A stretch of DNA of 64,000 nucleotides, taken from the NCBI GenBank assembly GCA_051294375.1, contig CM119267.1, forward strand, positions 2,457,315-2,521,314, in the 5' to 3' direction. A program made the position numbers and the translations under genes. The DNA is from Paraspadella gotoi (taxonomy: Eukaryota > Animalia > Chaetognatha). The notes below the pieces were generated by a model. The model was not told the origin of the DNA. It made no database searches and saw only the letters and a program-made list of their open reading frames with translations. Below, one piece after another: positions 26,588-39,444 of the stretch; position 1 is the stretch's first letter; every line of letters starts with the position of its first letter.

Positions 26588-26927
26588 AGGAAAGTTGAGG
26601 AACTCAAGAAGCAATACGAACAAAATTCCCATTTGCGCCGAAGGTGAACTTACCAAAGGAACTCGCGGCGGAGAAAAGGGTAAGTTGCCGTCACGGAACG
26701 AGAGAAAAATCGTAACTCACTCGTGGGCAGGAATGGAAAAAAAAATAAGGGAAAAAAAGAAAAGAAAAACTGGAAAAAATGTTAAGTAAGAGTAGTTGAA
26801 GGGAGGGAAAACAAGAAAACAAGAAGGAAACAAGAAGGAAACAAGAGAGATACAAGAATCGGCAATTTTTATATTGGATCAATAAATACAACTTTTTATA
26901 AAGTTTTATCCAAAATGAAGAAGTAAC

Positions 26928-27004
26928 TGACCAACCGATTGACCGACTAACCGACGGAAAAGTTACTTACCGAGTTACGCCGCGAGTACTCGCGACTGAA
27001 AAAA
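26928..27004 (-). mobile_element. Family B element, partial reverse copy
   Basis: (accg)n..gaaaagttactta..gagttacgccgcgagtactcgcgactgaaaaaa. Confidence 0.72.
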
Positions 27005-28039
27005 TATAAAAGCTGAAAAAATGAGGAGAAATTGGACAAAGTGTGAGAGNNNNNNNNNNNNNNNNNNNNNNNNNNNNNNNNNNNNNNNNNNNNNNNNNNN
27101 NNNNNNNNNNNNNNNNNNNNNNNNNNNNNNNNNNNNNNNNNNNNNNNNNNNNNNNNNNNNNNNNNNNNNNNNNNNNNNNNNNNNNNNNNNNNNNNNNNNN
27201 NNNNNNNNNNNNNNNNNNNNNNNNNNNNNNNNNNNNNNNNNNNNNNNNNNNNNNNNNNNNNNNNNNNNNNNNNNNNNNNNNNNNNNNNNNNNNNNNNNCC
27301 GAAGACGCCGGCGCCTGAAAGAGAATCCAAGTTGGGTTGAGTAAGACTGGGGTGGGGTAAGGAAGGAAAAGGGAGAGGGTATGAGCGAGAGAGAGACAGA
27401 GAGATACAGAGAGAGAGTCTTAGTAAATGGGGGTCGCCCCGCTCTCGGGTTCTCGGGCCCCAAAGCGGGCCGCAACGGGCAACGAGCGTGAAGGGACTTC
27501 CGGTCTTGAGGTCAGAACGAGGCGCGTGACAATCCCTGGCTTCGAAGAGNNNNNNNNNNNNNNNNNNNNNNNNNNNNNNNNNNNNNNNNNNNNNNNNNNN
27601 NNNNNNNNNNNNNNNNNNNNNNNNNNNNNNNNNNNNNNNNNNNNNNNNNNNNNNNNNNNNNNNNNNNNNNNNNNNNNNNNNNNNNNNNNNNNNNNNNNNN
27701 NNNNNNNNNNNNNNNNNNNNNNNNNNNNNNNNNNNNNNNNNNNNNNNNNNNNNNNNNNNNNNNNNNNNNGAGAAAGAGAGAGAACTGGCTCAGAGCCTTT
27801 TGAAATCCATCTTATAACTAAGCTAAGGTCCTTAGAAGAAAACGAGTTGCTTCTCTTCCCTCTGTCAGTATCATTACTGTCACCTATTTAACCCTTTGTC
27901 ATCGCTTAATCTATCGGCGATCTCTCGTTAGCTGGACTCTTCTTTTCAATCACTACATATTCTCTTACTCACCAGCTGCCCCTTTTTCCCTTTTTTCCCT
28001 TTTTTCCCTTTTTTTAATTTTGGCGGAAGCTGAAAATAA

Positions 28040-28205
28040 TGCCCGCTGGGGCATAGGATTGTAGTGCCCCCAAGGGATACTGCATGGGGTTACCCTTATT
28101 GGCTTAAAAAATCGTTCCCCATGCTGTGGCTACGCGAAGAGTAAGGGTTTCAGTCCCCTGGGAACCGCCACCGGGGGCCGCCCGGTGGGGAGCGCTGAGC
28201 TCCAC
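28040..28205 (+). other. Structured GC-rich segment (hairpin + H-type pseudoknot + hairpin), candidate structured RNA/retroelement leader
   Basis: ggggca/tgcccc hairpin; gcatgggg(28082-89)/ccccatgc(28117-24) crossing acccttatt(28092-100)/agtaagggt(28140-48); ccaccggg/cccggtgg hairpin. Confidence 0.45.
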
Positions 28206-28744
28206 ACCAGGGAGGACCGGTGACACGGTTCTTCTGTGGACCACTGATAGCTCATATGAGTCCGCTCACCGAACAGCGACAACTGAAATCCTTAATCCAG
28301 TCAACGTGCGACAAAAAATTAAGAAAATATCATTTGTTGTATTTGAAATAATGACGGTCACTGTATGTATATTTAAGCGAATTTCTAGGCGTCCAACTCA
28401 CATTTAACCTTAACCTTTTTTAAAAAAAATCCTCACCCACATTTTAAACTTCCCACCGCTCTGCGCTGATTCTCTAATTTTTCCTTCCCGCGTATTTTTG
28501 TGGGAATCTATGGTCGATCGTTTAGTCTGACCTACTTGTTACGTCCTCTCCTCCTCCTCCTCCTCCTCCTCATTCCGCCGCACCGAACCAACCCGCTATT
28601 ACTACAACCCTCAACTATACACTTTCACGTGGACTTATTTATTTGTCAGCATCAGCTTCGTTGTTATCAGGTGGAGTTTGCATCTCTTTTTTCCCTTGGG
28701 AAGAAAAAAAAGATAAGATTCCCTCGGTCGAATTGCGAATTCTG

Positions 28745-29020
28745 ACACCGGTTAAAGTAATGGAATAATGTTAAACAATTTTTTTTATTTAATACCAAAG
28801 TTATGATTAAAATTATTTTCGATTCGAACCCGTTAAATAATGGAAATAATGTCCAAACCCATTTATCTTTTTTATTTTAAAATACCCAAAAGTCGTGAAT
28901 TAAAAATTTTTGTTCGCATTCCGAACCCGTTAAAATAATGGAATAATGTCAAACAATTTTTTTTTGTTATTTTTACATACAAGTCGTCGAACATCTAAAA
29001 TTAATTTTTCGTCCGTATTC
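28745..29020. repeat. Tandem repeat of ~80-95 bp, 3 units
   Basis: gaacccgttaaa(a)taatggaataatgtcaaacaatt recurs at ~28745, 28826 and 28923. Confidence 0.85.
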
Positions 29021-29816
29021 GCATAAATGCTCTAAAATGCTTATTAAATGTTTTTTCCCGTCAATTTTGTCATACTTTTTTTTACATCACTACAATTTTG
29101 AAGAGTATTTTTTTATTCTTGATATGCGTGTCATACTACTGCTTATGTCACTTTGAAACTTGTCAGTCAATTGCGTCATCTTTGTGTCATTTTACGATGA
29201 TAATAAAAAGGTATCCACGTTTTTATGGATGGACGGACGGACGGGAGGAAGGACGAAAATAAAAAGAACGAACTGACAGATGGATTCGGTGACTCGTAGA
29301 AAATATAACAACAACTAAGACAATAAGAACAACAACTTAATTGCAACTAAAANNNNNNNNNNNNNNNNNNNNNNNNNNNNNNNNNNNNNNNNNNNNNNNN
29401 NNNNNNNNNNNNNNNNNNNNNNNNNNNNNNNNNNNNNNNNNNNNNNNNNNNNNNNNNNNNNNNNNNNNNNNNNNNNNNNNNNNNNNNNNNNNNNNNNNNN
29501 NNNNNNNNNNNNNNNNNNNNNNNNNNNNNNNNNNNNNNNNNNNNNNNNNNNNNNNNNNNNNGCGGCGGCAGCAGCGGTAGTAGTAGCACCATCAGCAGCA
29601 GCAGCAGTCGTCCTACCGTCAATCGACGTCTTGTCCCGAAGAAGGCAACATTTCTTTTCTCGAGGAGGAGGAGGAGGAAAGGGGGAGGAGGAGGAAGAGG
29701 AAGAGGAGGAGGAAGAGGCAAAAAGACTTCATTCATCATTGGTGACTCGAACGGTCGACCTTTCTATCGCCCTTTTGTCTGACCCTTGGTTTCAAGGGTC
29801 AACCGGCAGAGACGAC

Positions 29817-29862
<46 letters not shown>

Positions 29863-29931
29863 CTCACTGTTTTTCAACTTTTAATTTTTTACTCATTTAA
29901 TTTCTTATTTACTCCATGTTTCATTGTCTAT

Positions 29932-29966
<35 letters not shown>

Positions 29967-30462
29967 NNNNNNNNNNNNNNNNNNNNNNNNNNNNNNNNNN
30001 NNNNNNNNNNNNNNNNNNNNNNNNNNNNNNNNNNNNNNNNNNNNNNNNNNNNNNNNNNNNNNNNNNNNNNNNNNNNNNNNNNNNNNNNNNNNNNNNNNNN
30101 NNNNNNNNNNNNNNNNNNNNNNNNNNNNNNNNNNNNNNNNNNNNNNNNNNNNNNNNNNNNNNNNNNNNNNNNNNNNNNNNNNNNNNNNNNNNNNNNNNNN
30201 NNNNNNNNNNNNNNNNNNNNNNGTGCTTCTCTTTAAATCCGTAAATCTGTCTGTCTTTCCGTTTCCATCTCATTATATCTTTGTCTATCTTTGTCCGTCT
30301 GTCTGTGTTTTCCTTTTTTTCTTTCTTCCACCATCTTTCTCTCCTCAGAGTCAACATCTCATCCACGTTTTTCTCCCATTTGAATTCTCTTCTCACTTTT
30401 TCTCCTTTTCTTCATTTTTCCGCTTTTCTTGTTTCCTCCTTTCTTTTTGCATGAAAGTCGCA

Positions 30463-30795
30463 TTAGGGTGCGGCCCAATTTTTGGCATTATTTTCCCAGA
30501 ACGTCCCATTTCGTCTTATATTAAAAAATAAGGTTGGAGCTTAAGTTAATTAAAAGATTATGTTAGTAATTAAGGTTAGGGATTTGGTGAGTGATTACGG
30601 TTAGGGATTTGGGTTACGGACTTGATTTTAGGATAAAAGGTAAGAATTAAAAGGTTAGGGATTAGGATTTAGGGATAAGTTTTAGGATTTGGTTAGGGAT
30701 TAGGGTTAGGGATAAAGGTTAGGAAATAGTTTTTAGGTTAAATATTAGGAATAAAAAAAAATTATGAAAAAATCGAACAGAAATTGGGCACACTT
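30463..30795. mobile_element. Small element with short terminal inverted repeats and an internal degenerate (TTAGGG)-like array
   Basis: gtgcggcccaattt (~30467) vs aaattgggcacac (~30781); internal ggttaggg/attaggg/tttagg hexamers at 30570-30750. Confidence 0.5.
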
Positions 30796-32565
30796 GGAAA
30801 AGAAAGCCCAATTTTTTGTAAAAATTATCATTTCTGAGATTATTCTAAGATAAAGATTCCGTTGATATACACCCTCTAGATCGGATTTGGCTCACGGGGT
30901 ATTCCTGCGTTATCATATGGGGGAATCTTAAGTAGGGGGAATTCGACCATAAATATAGATATATAAATATAAATACATATAGTTTTAACTATCTTAGCTA
31001 CGTACTAAAAGATGGACAAAAACATGATATTCTATCGTCAAGATTGGGCGCGGCCACTGGTTCCGCCCTTTTCTCCTCCGGTTTTCCTTATTGCTCCCAT
31101 TTGTGTTGTTTTTTTTGTTTCTATTTTTTTACAAAATTTGTTTTCTTTGTTTTGCTTATGATTCTGTTTTCATGTGTGAGGAATAATTTATTTATGAGAA
31201 GCGATGATTTTTTTTCGGAAAACCAAAGTTAAGATTACATTTAAAACTTACATTGTGTTTTGAATAAAAATTATCTATTACAGTACAAGATGTACGGTTT
31301 ATATTCATGGGAAGTTACAAGCAATTATTTTTTTCGTAAATGAAATATTTTGTATCAAAAAGAATTGAAAAACAATTAACAATTCAGAATCAGAGTATTA
31401 ATAAAAATTCATTTGCACGTCAAATCTCATTCTCCTTCTCTGACTCTGTTGCTTTTCTGTCCTGATTCCCTGCACTAATTTCTCTCCCCAATTTCTCGAA
31501 AATGAATCTCAGCTTCAAATTTATGTCGATTACAATTGATACATTTAAAACCGTAGTAATGCCAGCTCGATGCCCCCGAGATTGTGGACCCACCCACTCA
31601 CCCTAAATACACTGCTTTTACTCTTCAGCAAATCCTGGAGACGTCAGAAGGATGGAATATGCTGAAGCCTGAAAGACTCTTAGTGGGTTGAAAGCTTAAA
31701 ACGATTCTCTTTTTCAAACATTTCCAGAAGAAACGAGTCCTGGGCTTAGAATCTAATTCACGGCCATTCTCACGCTTCCAGTCGAGTTGGTAACCGGCTT
31801 GGATTCAACGCTGTACCAATTTGTCATGAGCTGATAACTTTACTGAACGGGACAAAACCGAAGGTTCCTTTGGGTCCCTTTTTGTCATTTCCCTCTCACA
31901 TTGATCTCAACCTCCGTCAACACCGCCGCCGCCGCCGCCGCCACCACCGCCGCCGCCGCCGCCACCGCCGCCTAGATCTTTCTCCGCCTTCTCTATCTTC
32001 TCGCCCACAATCAGAAGGCGTCCTTTTTAAGCTTTCTCCTAAAACGGGCTTTTTGTTCGCCTCGTGTCCCTCTAACGGGGAATAGGGGGAACTAATCAGG
32101 GTTTGTTGCCTCCTGCTTTTTTTTCATGAAAGACAAAATGAGTTTGTTATCTCCCCTTTTTATTCCTTCATCGGAGAGAGAGAGAGAGTGAGCCAAGATA
32201 AAGAGGAAAGGGGTCGACCTGTGATGTGAAGAGAAGTGGGTGACAATCACTCTGGAAGGTGACAAATGGGTCAGAGATGGCGTTTTTGTCAAAACGAAGG
32301 CCTTCAGTCACAATTTGGTGAAACATGTCGCATTAGATTTTTGGTTGGTTTCGTTTCGGTGGATCTCTCTCTCTCTTCTGTCTCTATTCTAACAAGATTA
32401 GGAAAATACGAAAGAAATCAATTTTAAAAAAAAGGGAAAAAAAGAAATAAAGAAAGAAATGAAAGACAGAAAGACAGATAGAAAGAGACAATTCCTTCAA
32501 TTGATCGGCGACAAAAGATGAAGGAAAATCCGGGAAAATCTTCACGGAAAACGTGAGACGTTTTA

Positions 32566-32955
32566 GACGACGACGAGGATCAAGATGACGACGATGATGA
32601 CGACGATGACGACGACGACGATGATGACGATGACTATAATGAATAGTGACGATGATGACGAAGATAAAGACAACAACAACGATGATGACGATGACGATGA
32701 TAACGACGACAACGATGATGACGACGATAATGACGATGATGACCAAGATAAAGACAACAATGATGATGATGGTGACAATGATAATGAGGACAAGTATATG
32801 ANNNNNNNNNNTGACGAGGATAATGACAACAACGGCGATGATGACAATGATGTTGGCAAGATGATAATAAGGACAAAGATGATGACGATGATGCGGACTA
32901 AGACAATGATGACTAGGACGATGTTGGTGACGACGACGACGACGACGACGACGAT
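32566..32955. repeat. Degenerate (GAC/GAT/AAC)n tract
   Basis: Direct reading; contains a 10-N gap. Confidence 0.93.
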
Positions 32956-33056
32956 GGGACTTAAGAATTCCCATGATCTTCGCCTTTTCAACATCAACGA
33001 CATATTCATAAGCAAGAGCCAAGAATCTCTCTCTCTCTCTCTCTCTCTCGTCTCTA

Positions 33057-33087
<31 letters not shown>

Positions 33088-33217
33088 CGTCTCTCTTCTC
33101 TCTCTCTCTCTTTTTTTTCCTCCGTCATTCAAACGTCAATTAAGTAAAAGAAGTCGAGTAGAAAAAAGGCAGAAAAGAGACAATGACAACGAAGATGACG
33201 ACTGATTCATAATAACC

Positions 33218-33298
33218 TGATGATGATGATAATATAATAATATAATAATAAATAATAATATAAATAATAATAATAATAATAATAATAAAATAATAATA

Positions 33299-33336
<38 letters not shown>

Positions 33337-33382
33337 TATAATAATGATGATGATAATAATAATGATATTGATAATAATAATT
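33218..33382. repeat. (AAT)n microsatellite
   Basis: Direct reading. Confidence 0.95.
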
Positions 33383-33809
33383 TTCTTCGCCTTTTTCTTT
33401 TTATAAATTGTTTGTCTTTTCATTTAAACTTTCTTCATTCAAAGTTATTGAAAACCAAATAATATTAGGTAATAGAAATTAATTATCTTTTTAATATTCA
33501 GACATTTAAGATATTTAAGATAATTAAGTATATTTTTTGTTTTAGATAAAAAAGTTAAAATCTCAAAAACCCGAAAGATTTTCTTCTCGAAATTCCCGAG
33601 GGCCTTTCGTCGTTCAAGGAGTCACGTCCGTGTCACAGAGGGGTCCTTACGTGTCACGGCCGTGAGACGCTCATGTCACGGTTGCGTCATGGTCGTGTCA
33701 CGAAAGGGGTTAATCCGTGTCATTTCGAATCAGTGCGCCCGGGTCGCGGTTTATCTAAAAAATGTTTCAATCGGGATTTAAAAGTGTAAATATATATATA
33801 GAATTTATT

Positions 33810-33894
<85 letters not shown>

Positions 33895-33999
33895 CTCTCT
33901 CCGACGAAAAAAAAACGAAAAAAACAATTATGATAATAGGAAATTGAAGAAAAAACAACAACAACTAACGACGACGACTTTCTCATCATAAATTTAAGA

Positions 34000-34255
34000 T
34001 CTTCTTTTCTTTTCTTTCCTTCCTTTCCTTTCCTTCCTTTCCTTTCTTTTTCTTTCTTTTCTTTTCTTTCTTTTCTTTCTTTTCTTTTCTTTCCTTTCCT
34101 TTTCTTTCTTCCTTTCCTTTCCTTCCTTTCCTTTTCTTTCTTTTCTTTCCTTCCTTTCCTTTCCTTTCCATCTTTCCTTTTTTTTTTCTTTTCTTTTCCT
34201 TTCTTTTCTTTTCTTTTCTTTTCTTTTCTTTTCTTTTCTTTTCTTTTCTTTTTCT
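34000..34255. repeat. (CTTTT)n/(CCTTT)n polypyrimidine tract
   Basis: Direct reading. Confidence 0.95.
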
Positions 34256-34849
34256 AGACTCCGTCGCCTCATTAACTCAAGTTTACGTCACTCTTTACTC
34301 TTTTAACGATTTTTCTCACTTTTATCTGTTTTTCTTTTCTTTTCGTGTTTTTTATTTTTCTGTTTTCTTCGATTTTTTCTGTTTTGGGTTTCATTCTATA
34401 TCTTTTATTTTCTACATTTTCTGGGTTTTGTTTTTTTTCCTTTTTTTCGTCTGCGAAGGAAAAGAGCAGACCGGATTTTTTTTACCTCGCATTGTTTTTT
34501 ATCATAAGCAAATAATTTTTATTTTAAATCATATTTCAAAAAATAAATAGATTCTATTGTTGTTTTTTTTGTTTCGAAAATATCAAATTGTGTTTCCTTA
34601 TAAAATATTCGTCTTCCATCTATCAATATTCATATCCAGCTCCGTCCGTTTGTTTGTCCGTATGTCTCCGCTCCAATTAAATCATCTTGAATTCACAGAC
34701 GTAAAAGTTTAAATTACACAAATTTGACCTACAATATCGGATCTGACGACGATAATTTAATTGTAATAGCTTGATCGGATGACTGATGAATTTATTGATA
34801 GATTTTTTATTTAATAATAATGAAATAATGATATTTTTAGATGATTTAG

Positions 34850-34930
34850 GTGACTGACCGACCAAACTATGGAAAGAGACCGACAGACCGACGAAGTGAA
34901 TTATAGAGTCGGATGCCGACTGAAAAAAAA
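34850..34930 (-). mobile_element. Family B-related partial reverse copy
   Basis: (gacc)n..gaagtgaattatagagtcggatgccgactgaaaaaa; shorter head palindrome agtcgg-atg-ccgact. Confidence 0.6.
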
Positions 34931-35043
34931 AGTAGTTCACCTCTTGTGCATCTGGACGGCGAATCTCATCCCGACTGGTGACCTTGATCTCAGCTAATGA
35001 CAGAAAAAAAGAGAAAATCTCTTCATTTCACTCAACTTTTCTC

Positions 35044-35095
<52 letters not shown>

Positions 35096-35528
35096 CTCTC
35101 TCTCCCTGTTTTCTCTCTCTCCCTGTTTTCTCATTCTACATTTTTTCTCTTCATTTAATCCATTTTTATTCACATTATCTGCTTTTTTTCCAAATTTCCC
35201 TTAATTTGACTTTTTTTTTTACAATGTTTCATTTATTTTCTCATTCGTTGCGCCATTCTCTGTTCATTTCTTTCATTATCGTTTCATGGTATCCATTTTT
35301 TCAGCGATTGGTTTGTTTTTTTCTTCCATTTTTTTCTTGTTTGCCCATTCATGGGTTAAAACTGTTCCATTTTTACTTCTTTTATTTCCATCATTTTCTC
35401 TCTCAAGTTTGTCCATTTTGTCCATTTTGCTTTCATTAAGTCTTTCAATTCCTTTTTTATAGATCGAAAGAAAAGCTTCAGCGCGTGAAAAGGCCCGTAT
35501 CTTTTGGAAACGAAAATGGGTTGGACTC

Positions 35529-35596
35529 TCATTGACAGTAGAAGAGAAGACGTCCATCTTTCATTGACAGTAGAAGAGAAGACGTCCATCTTTCAT
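35529..35596. repeat. Perfect 32-bp tandem duplication
   Basis: tcattgacagtagaagagaagacgtccatctt x2. Confidence 0.95.
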
Positions 35597-36075
35597 TTTT
35601 GAGAGATTAATTCGTTTTTAAAACTATTAAAGAAGTCGAGTGTCAATAATCCATTTTACAATAAAAGAAAAGAAAATTAGAAGAAAAAAAAATGAGAAAA
35701 AAGTCTTCGTTTGAACTGGAATCGAATGTTGCCAACTTCTTTTTTTTTTTTTTCTTGGGTCCTCTGGTCTTTTTCAAGACTCACTTCTTTCTTTTTTTTT
35801 CTTTCTTTTTTTTTCTTTCTTTTTTTTCTAAGCCTTCTGTTCTTCTATTCTTTCTCTCTTTCTTTCTTTTCTTTACTTTGTTTTTTTTTTTACTTTCTTC
35901 ACTTTTCTTTTTTTCCAGTTTTCTCTTTCTATTTGATTCAAACTTTTTTGACTTTTCTTTTTTTTCTTATTTTTTCTTATTTTTCTTTCATTTTTTCCAT
36001 ATTTTTTTTCACTTTGTTTTTCTTCCAAAACGTTTGCTCCTCAACTTGAGACCCGAATTCCCAGGAGTGTTTACA

Positions 36076-36117
<42 letters not shown>

Positions 36118-36315
36118 CCTCCTCTCTCTCTCTCTCTCTTTCTGTCTCTTTGTCTCCTTCTTTCTCTCTCTCTTCTGATAAACTGCTTTTCCCTTCCTTC
36201 CTCCCTTCCTTCCTCCTTTCCTCCCTTCCTCCCTCTCTTCCTCCCTCCCCCCTCTTTATCCACTCTGCCATTAATTCCGAACACAAATAACCTTCATTTA
36301 CGCCCTTCACGTTTC

Positions 36316-36412
36316 ATCAGGGTTTTCCTTGCTCGCACAAAAAGTAGTTACGGTACCGCCGCCGGCCGCCCGCCCGCCCGCCCGCAGTGTGTGTGAATCG
36401 GAAAAACCTGAT
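36316..36412. mobile_element. Candidate ~95-bp MITE
   Basis: atcagggttttcc (36316-28) and ggaaaaacctgat (36400-12) are inverted repeats with 1 mismatch; GC-rich (ccgc)n interior. Confidence 0.5.
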
Positions 36413-36715
36413 TTGTGACTGGTTGATTCTGGATTGAGAGAAGATTTACCCCGCCCCAATCCATTTGGCATGGGTCTCTCCTCCTCTCTCCTCACACTTA
36501 ATCCCCCAACGCTCAACGTCAACCTCCACTCACCGTTGAAAACTCCCTCTTCCTCTTCCTCCCCCCCTCCTTCCCTTCTCCTCCCCTCCTTCCCTTCTCC
36601 GCCCCCATCTCCGCCCCCCTCGCCTTTTACAAATGGGTCGCAATTGAGCGAAGCTTTAATCGTAAAAGGAATTGTGGGAAGCTCAACGTTTCTGAAGGCA
36701 GAGCTTGGGGGTCCG

Positions 36716-36746
<31 letters not shown>

Positions 36747-37661
36747 CCTCTCTCTCTCTTTCTCTCTCTCTCTTCTCTCTCTCTCCCTCCCCTCTCACAA
36801 CACTCTCTCTCAAGGATAAATCTGATAACTTTAAGCATTGATTGAGCGAATTTACTAAGTGGCTGAGAAAAATTGAATTCAAGTATAGAACGATCAAAGA
36901 GCAAATTTGTCTGGGAAAAGAGGAATAGAGTGCAAGTCTACGGGAGAAAATGAATAAATCATTATTTTGTCGCTCGCTCTGTATGTCTGTTAATCTGTAT
37001 TTTTAAGGATTAATTGTGTAAACTTCATATAATTCCTTTTGCTGGGCGATCATCAAAATGCTTAATTAAAATTTGAGATTTTTGAAAGCTAAAAATGTAA
37101 AAAAAAAAACTTTTAAGTGAAATAACAGGCATGTTTAATACAGGTTTAATACTGTATGAAAATTGCAAAATTACTTTGTTTCACTATTTTAAGTATTATA
37201 TTTCATAATATTCATTAAAATTATATATTACAAATTCTATATTTTTTATATATTTTATATTCGGCTATATTTTTTATTCGGCTCCTGTTTGACTTGTTTG
37301 GCTCTCTCTCTCTCTCTCTCTGTCTGCCAACAAGTGCTTCTGTAGTTTCTTTCTTCACTCACTCTCGCTCTTTCTCCCTAAATTCTCGGTTTTTCATCAG
37401 AATTGACAAATTCAATGAATCGTGCATGAGCGACTCTAGCCTAATGAGGCGTCAGGAAGAATGAGAAGGAGAATGAGCGGAAAGAGGAGGAGAACGAGGA
37501 GAATGAGGGAAAGGAGAAGAACGAGGAGGAGAACGAGGAGGAGAACGAGGAGGAGGTGAAGGAGAAGAAAGGAAGAGAGAGACAGAGAGAGATTTTTTTT
37601 CGCTAGAGTGACGAGGGTAGAACCTTTCCCCGATGTAAGATTTGCGACAAGAGCCGAGAGG

Positions 37662-37716
<55 letters not shown>

Positions 37717-37911
37717 GTAATCAAAAATATAAATTTAAATATTTAAAATATTCAATCTGTTTGCGTTGCCTCTGCTTTCAGACTTATTTATAAAATGCGC
37801 CGACGTAATCGAGGTGTATTGCAGATAGTTGTTTATTTATGGAAGTTAAAAACAGGCGAGAAGATTAAAAAAGCATTTCCAAATGTTTGTAAAACAATCC
37901 AAATAAACATT

Positions 37912-38598
37912 AAAATTTGGATAAAAGGTAAATAACGGACTTAAACACCGTTTCGCAGCTCGTAATCTTTAGGCAACTTGAGAAATTTACAAAATTCCAA
38001 TCAAAACGATTTATCTAAAATAACCCAGATTGCCTCGGCCAACCCTTTTTCACTCTTCTTCAATTATCCGTCGTCGCGACTGCCCGATCGCGAAGATATT
38101 TGGGAAAACTTGAACTAAGATATTTTCTTCCCCAATCGAGCCGTCTTCCCCTACGGCGACGCTCGCCGCCGCCGATACATTTGGTATTAGATTAAGGAGG
38201 TTAATCCATAATAAGTTAACTTAAGCTCAGAGATTAAGGAATAGAAGAGCCCGAATTTCAATAGTTTTTTTTTTATAACTTAAGGAAACAAAATGAGGAA
38301 ATTGCATTGAAAGTTGAAGTAATAAAATAAAATTTGGTTAAAAGGGTAAATAAACGGTCTTAAAACCCGTTTCGAACGTCGGTGATCGCCTTTAGGCAAC
38401 TGAAGAATTTTACAAAATTCCAAATCAAACGTTATCTAAAATAACTCAGATTGCCTCGGCCAACCCTTTTTCCACTCTCTTCAATTATCCATCGTCGCGA
38501 CCTCCCGATTGCGAATTTGGGAAACTTGAACTAAGATATTTTCATATCCCAATCCTCGACGTTGAAGCGTCTTCCCCTACGGCGACGCCATCGCCCAC
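37912..38598. repeat. ~260-bp direct repeat pair (37912-38170, 38329-38598)
   Basis: Shared tttaggcaact, tttacaaaattccaa, cagattgcctcggccaacccttttt, cttgaactaagatattttc, cgtcttcccctacggcgacgc. Confidence 0.9.
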
Positions 38599-38923
38599 CA
38601 CAGAACAAGGACATCACACACCCAAATCCATCACCGTTCCAACATTCCAACCCATATCACCATCCGCAAATCTTTGGAAATTCTAAAAATAGAATTATAG
38701 ATAAACTTAAAACTCTTATTCTTTGAATTATGAGCGAAATGAATGGGAATAATTAATAATGATTAAAGTACATACAATGTTTTTTTTAATTCTCTACTTA
38801 GATTAGGTAATGGACAGCACATAAACAATTTTATTGTTTAATATCTTTTTTTTGCATTTTAAACAGAATAAATCCAATCAAATCAAATTGTCCGTTCTTT
38901 TTTCCACGAGAATTAATAAATAA

Positions 38924-39000
38924 TTTTAGTTGCGCCGCGAGTACTGGCGGAATTCTATAAATAACTTTTCGGTCGGTCTGTCGATCGGTCAGTCGATCTT
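38924..39000 (+). mobile_element. Family B element, 5' portion
   Basis: ttttagttgcgccgcgagtact..tctataaataacttttcggtcggtctgtcgatcggtc. Confidence 0.75.
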
Positions 39001-39346
39001 GTTTTCTTTCTCTCTTTTTGAAATGTCTCTCCAGTCCCGCCCGCAAGATTTTTATCCAACTTTTTTTAAGAAAAAAAAGAAATTAATACAACCTTCGCTC
39101 GTCGGCCTTTTTTAATCCCCGTCCTTCCCTAACGACTTTTTCATCCTCTTTTTAGACTCTGGCTTTTCGCGTTCGACCAAGCAATACAAGCAATGCAAGT
39201 AATGCCCCTTGCTTACTTAAAATCAGTAAGAAAAATAAGGGGAAGCCCCTTGCGAGACAAACTTTCAAAGTAAAAATTATTAATTCAACTACGATCAAAA
39301 TTGTACAGTATATGAAACAACAGTATAAACAACTGTATGAAACAAT

Positions 39347-39349
39347 AAT

Positions 39350-39444
<95 letters not shown>

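Noticed and set aside
30570-30750. True telomere or chromosome-fusion site
   Set aside because: Short, highly degenerate, single orientation and internal.
31669-31700. Hammerhead-like cctgaaa-gactc-ttagt-gggtt-gaaagctt
   Set aside because: The core is one base off CUGANGA and stem I cannot pair; at best a dead remnant.
32566-32955. Asp/Asn-rich acidic protein exon (also 447-770 and 17436-17668)
   Set aside because: Such tracts recur in both orientations throughout the window, contain stops or gaps, and lack flanking coding sequence.
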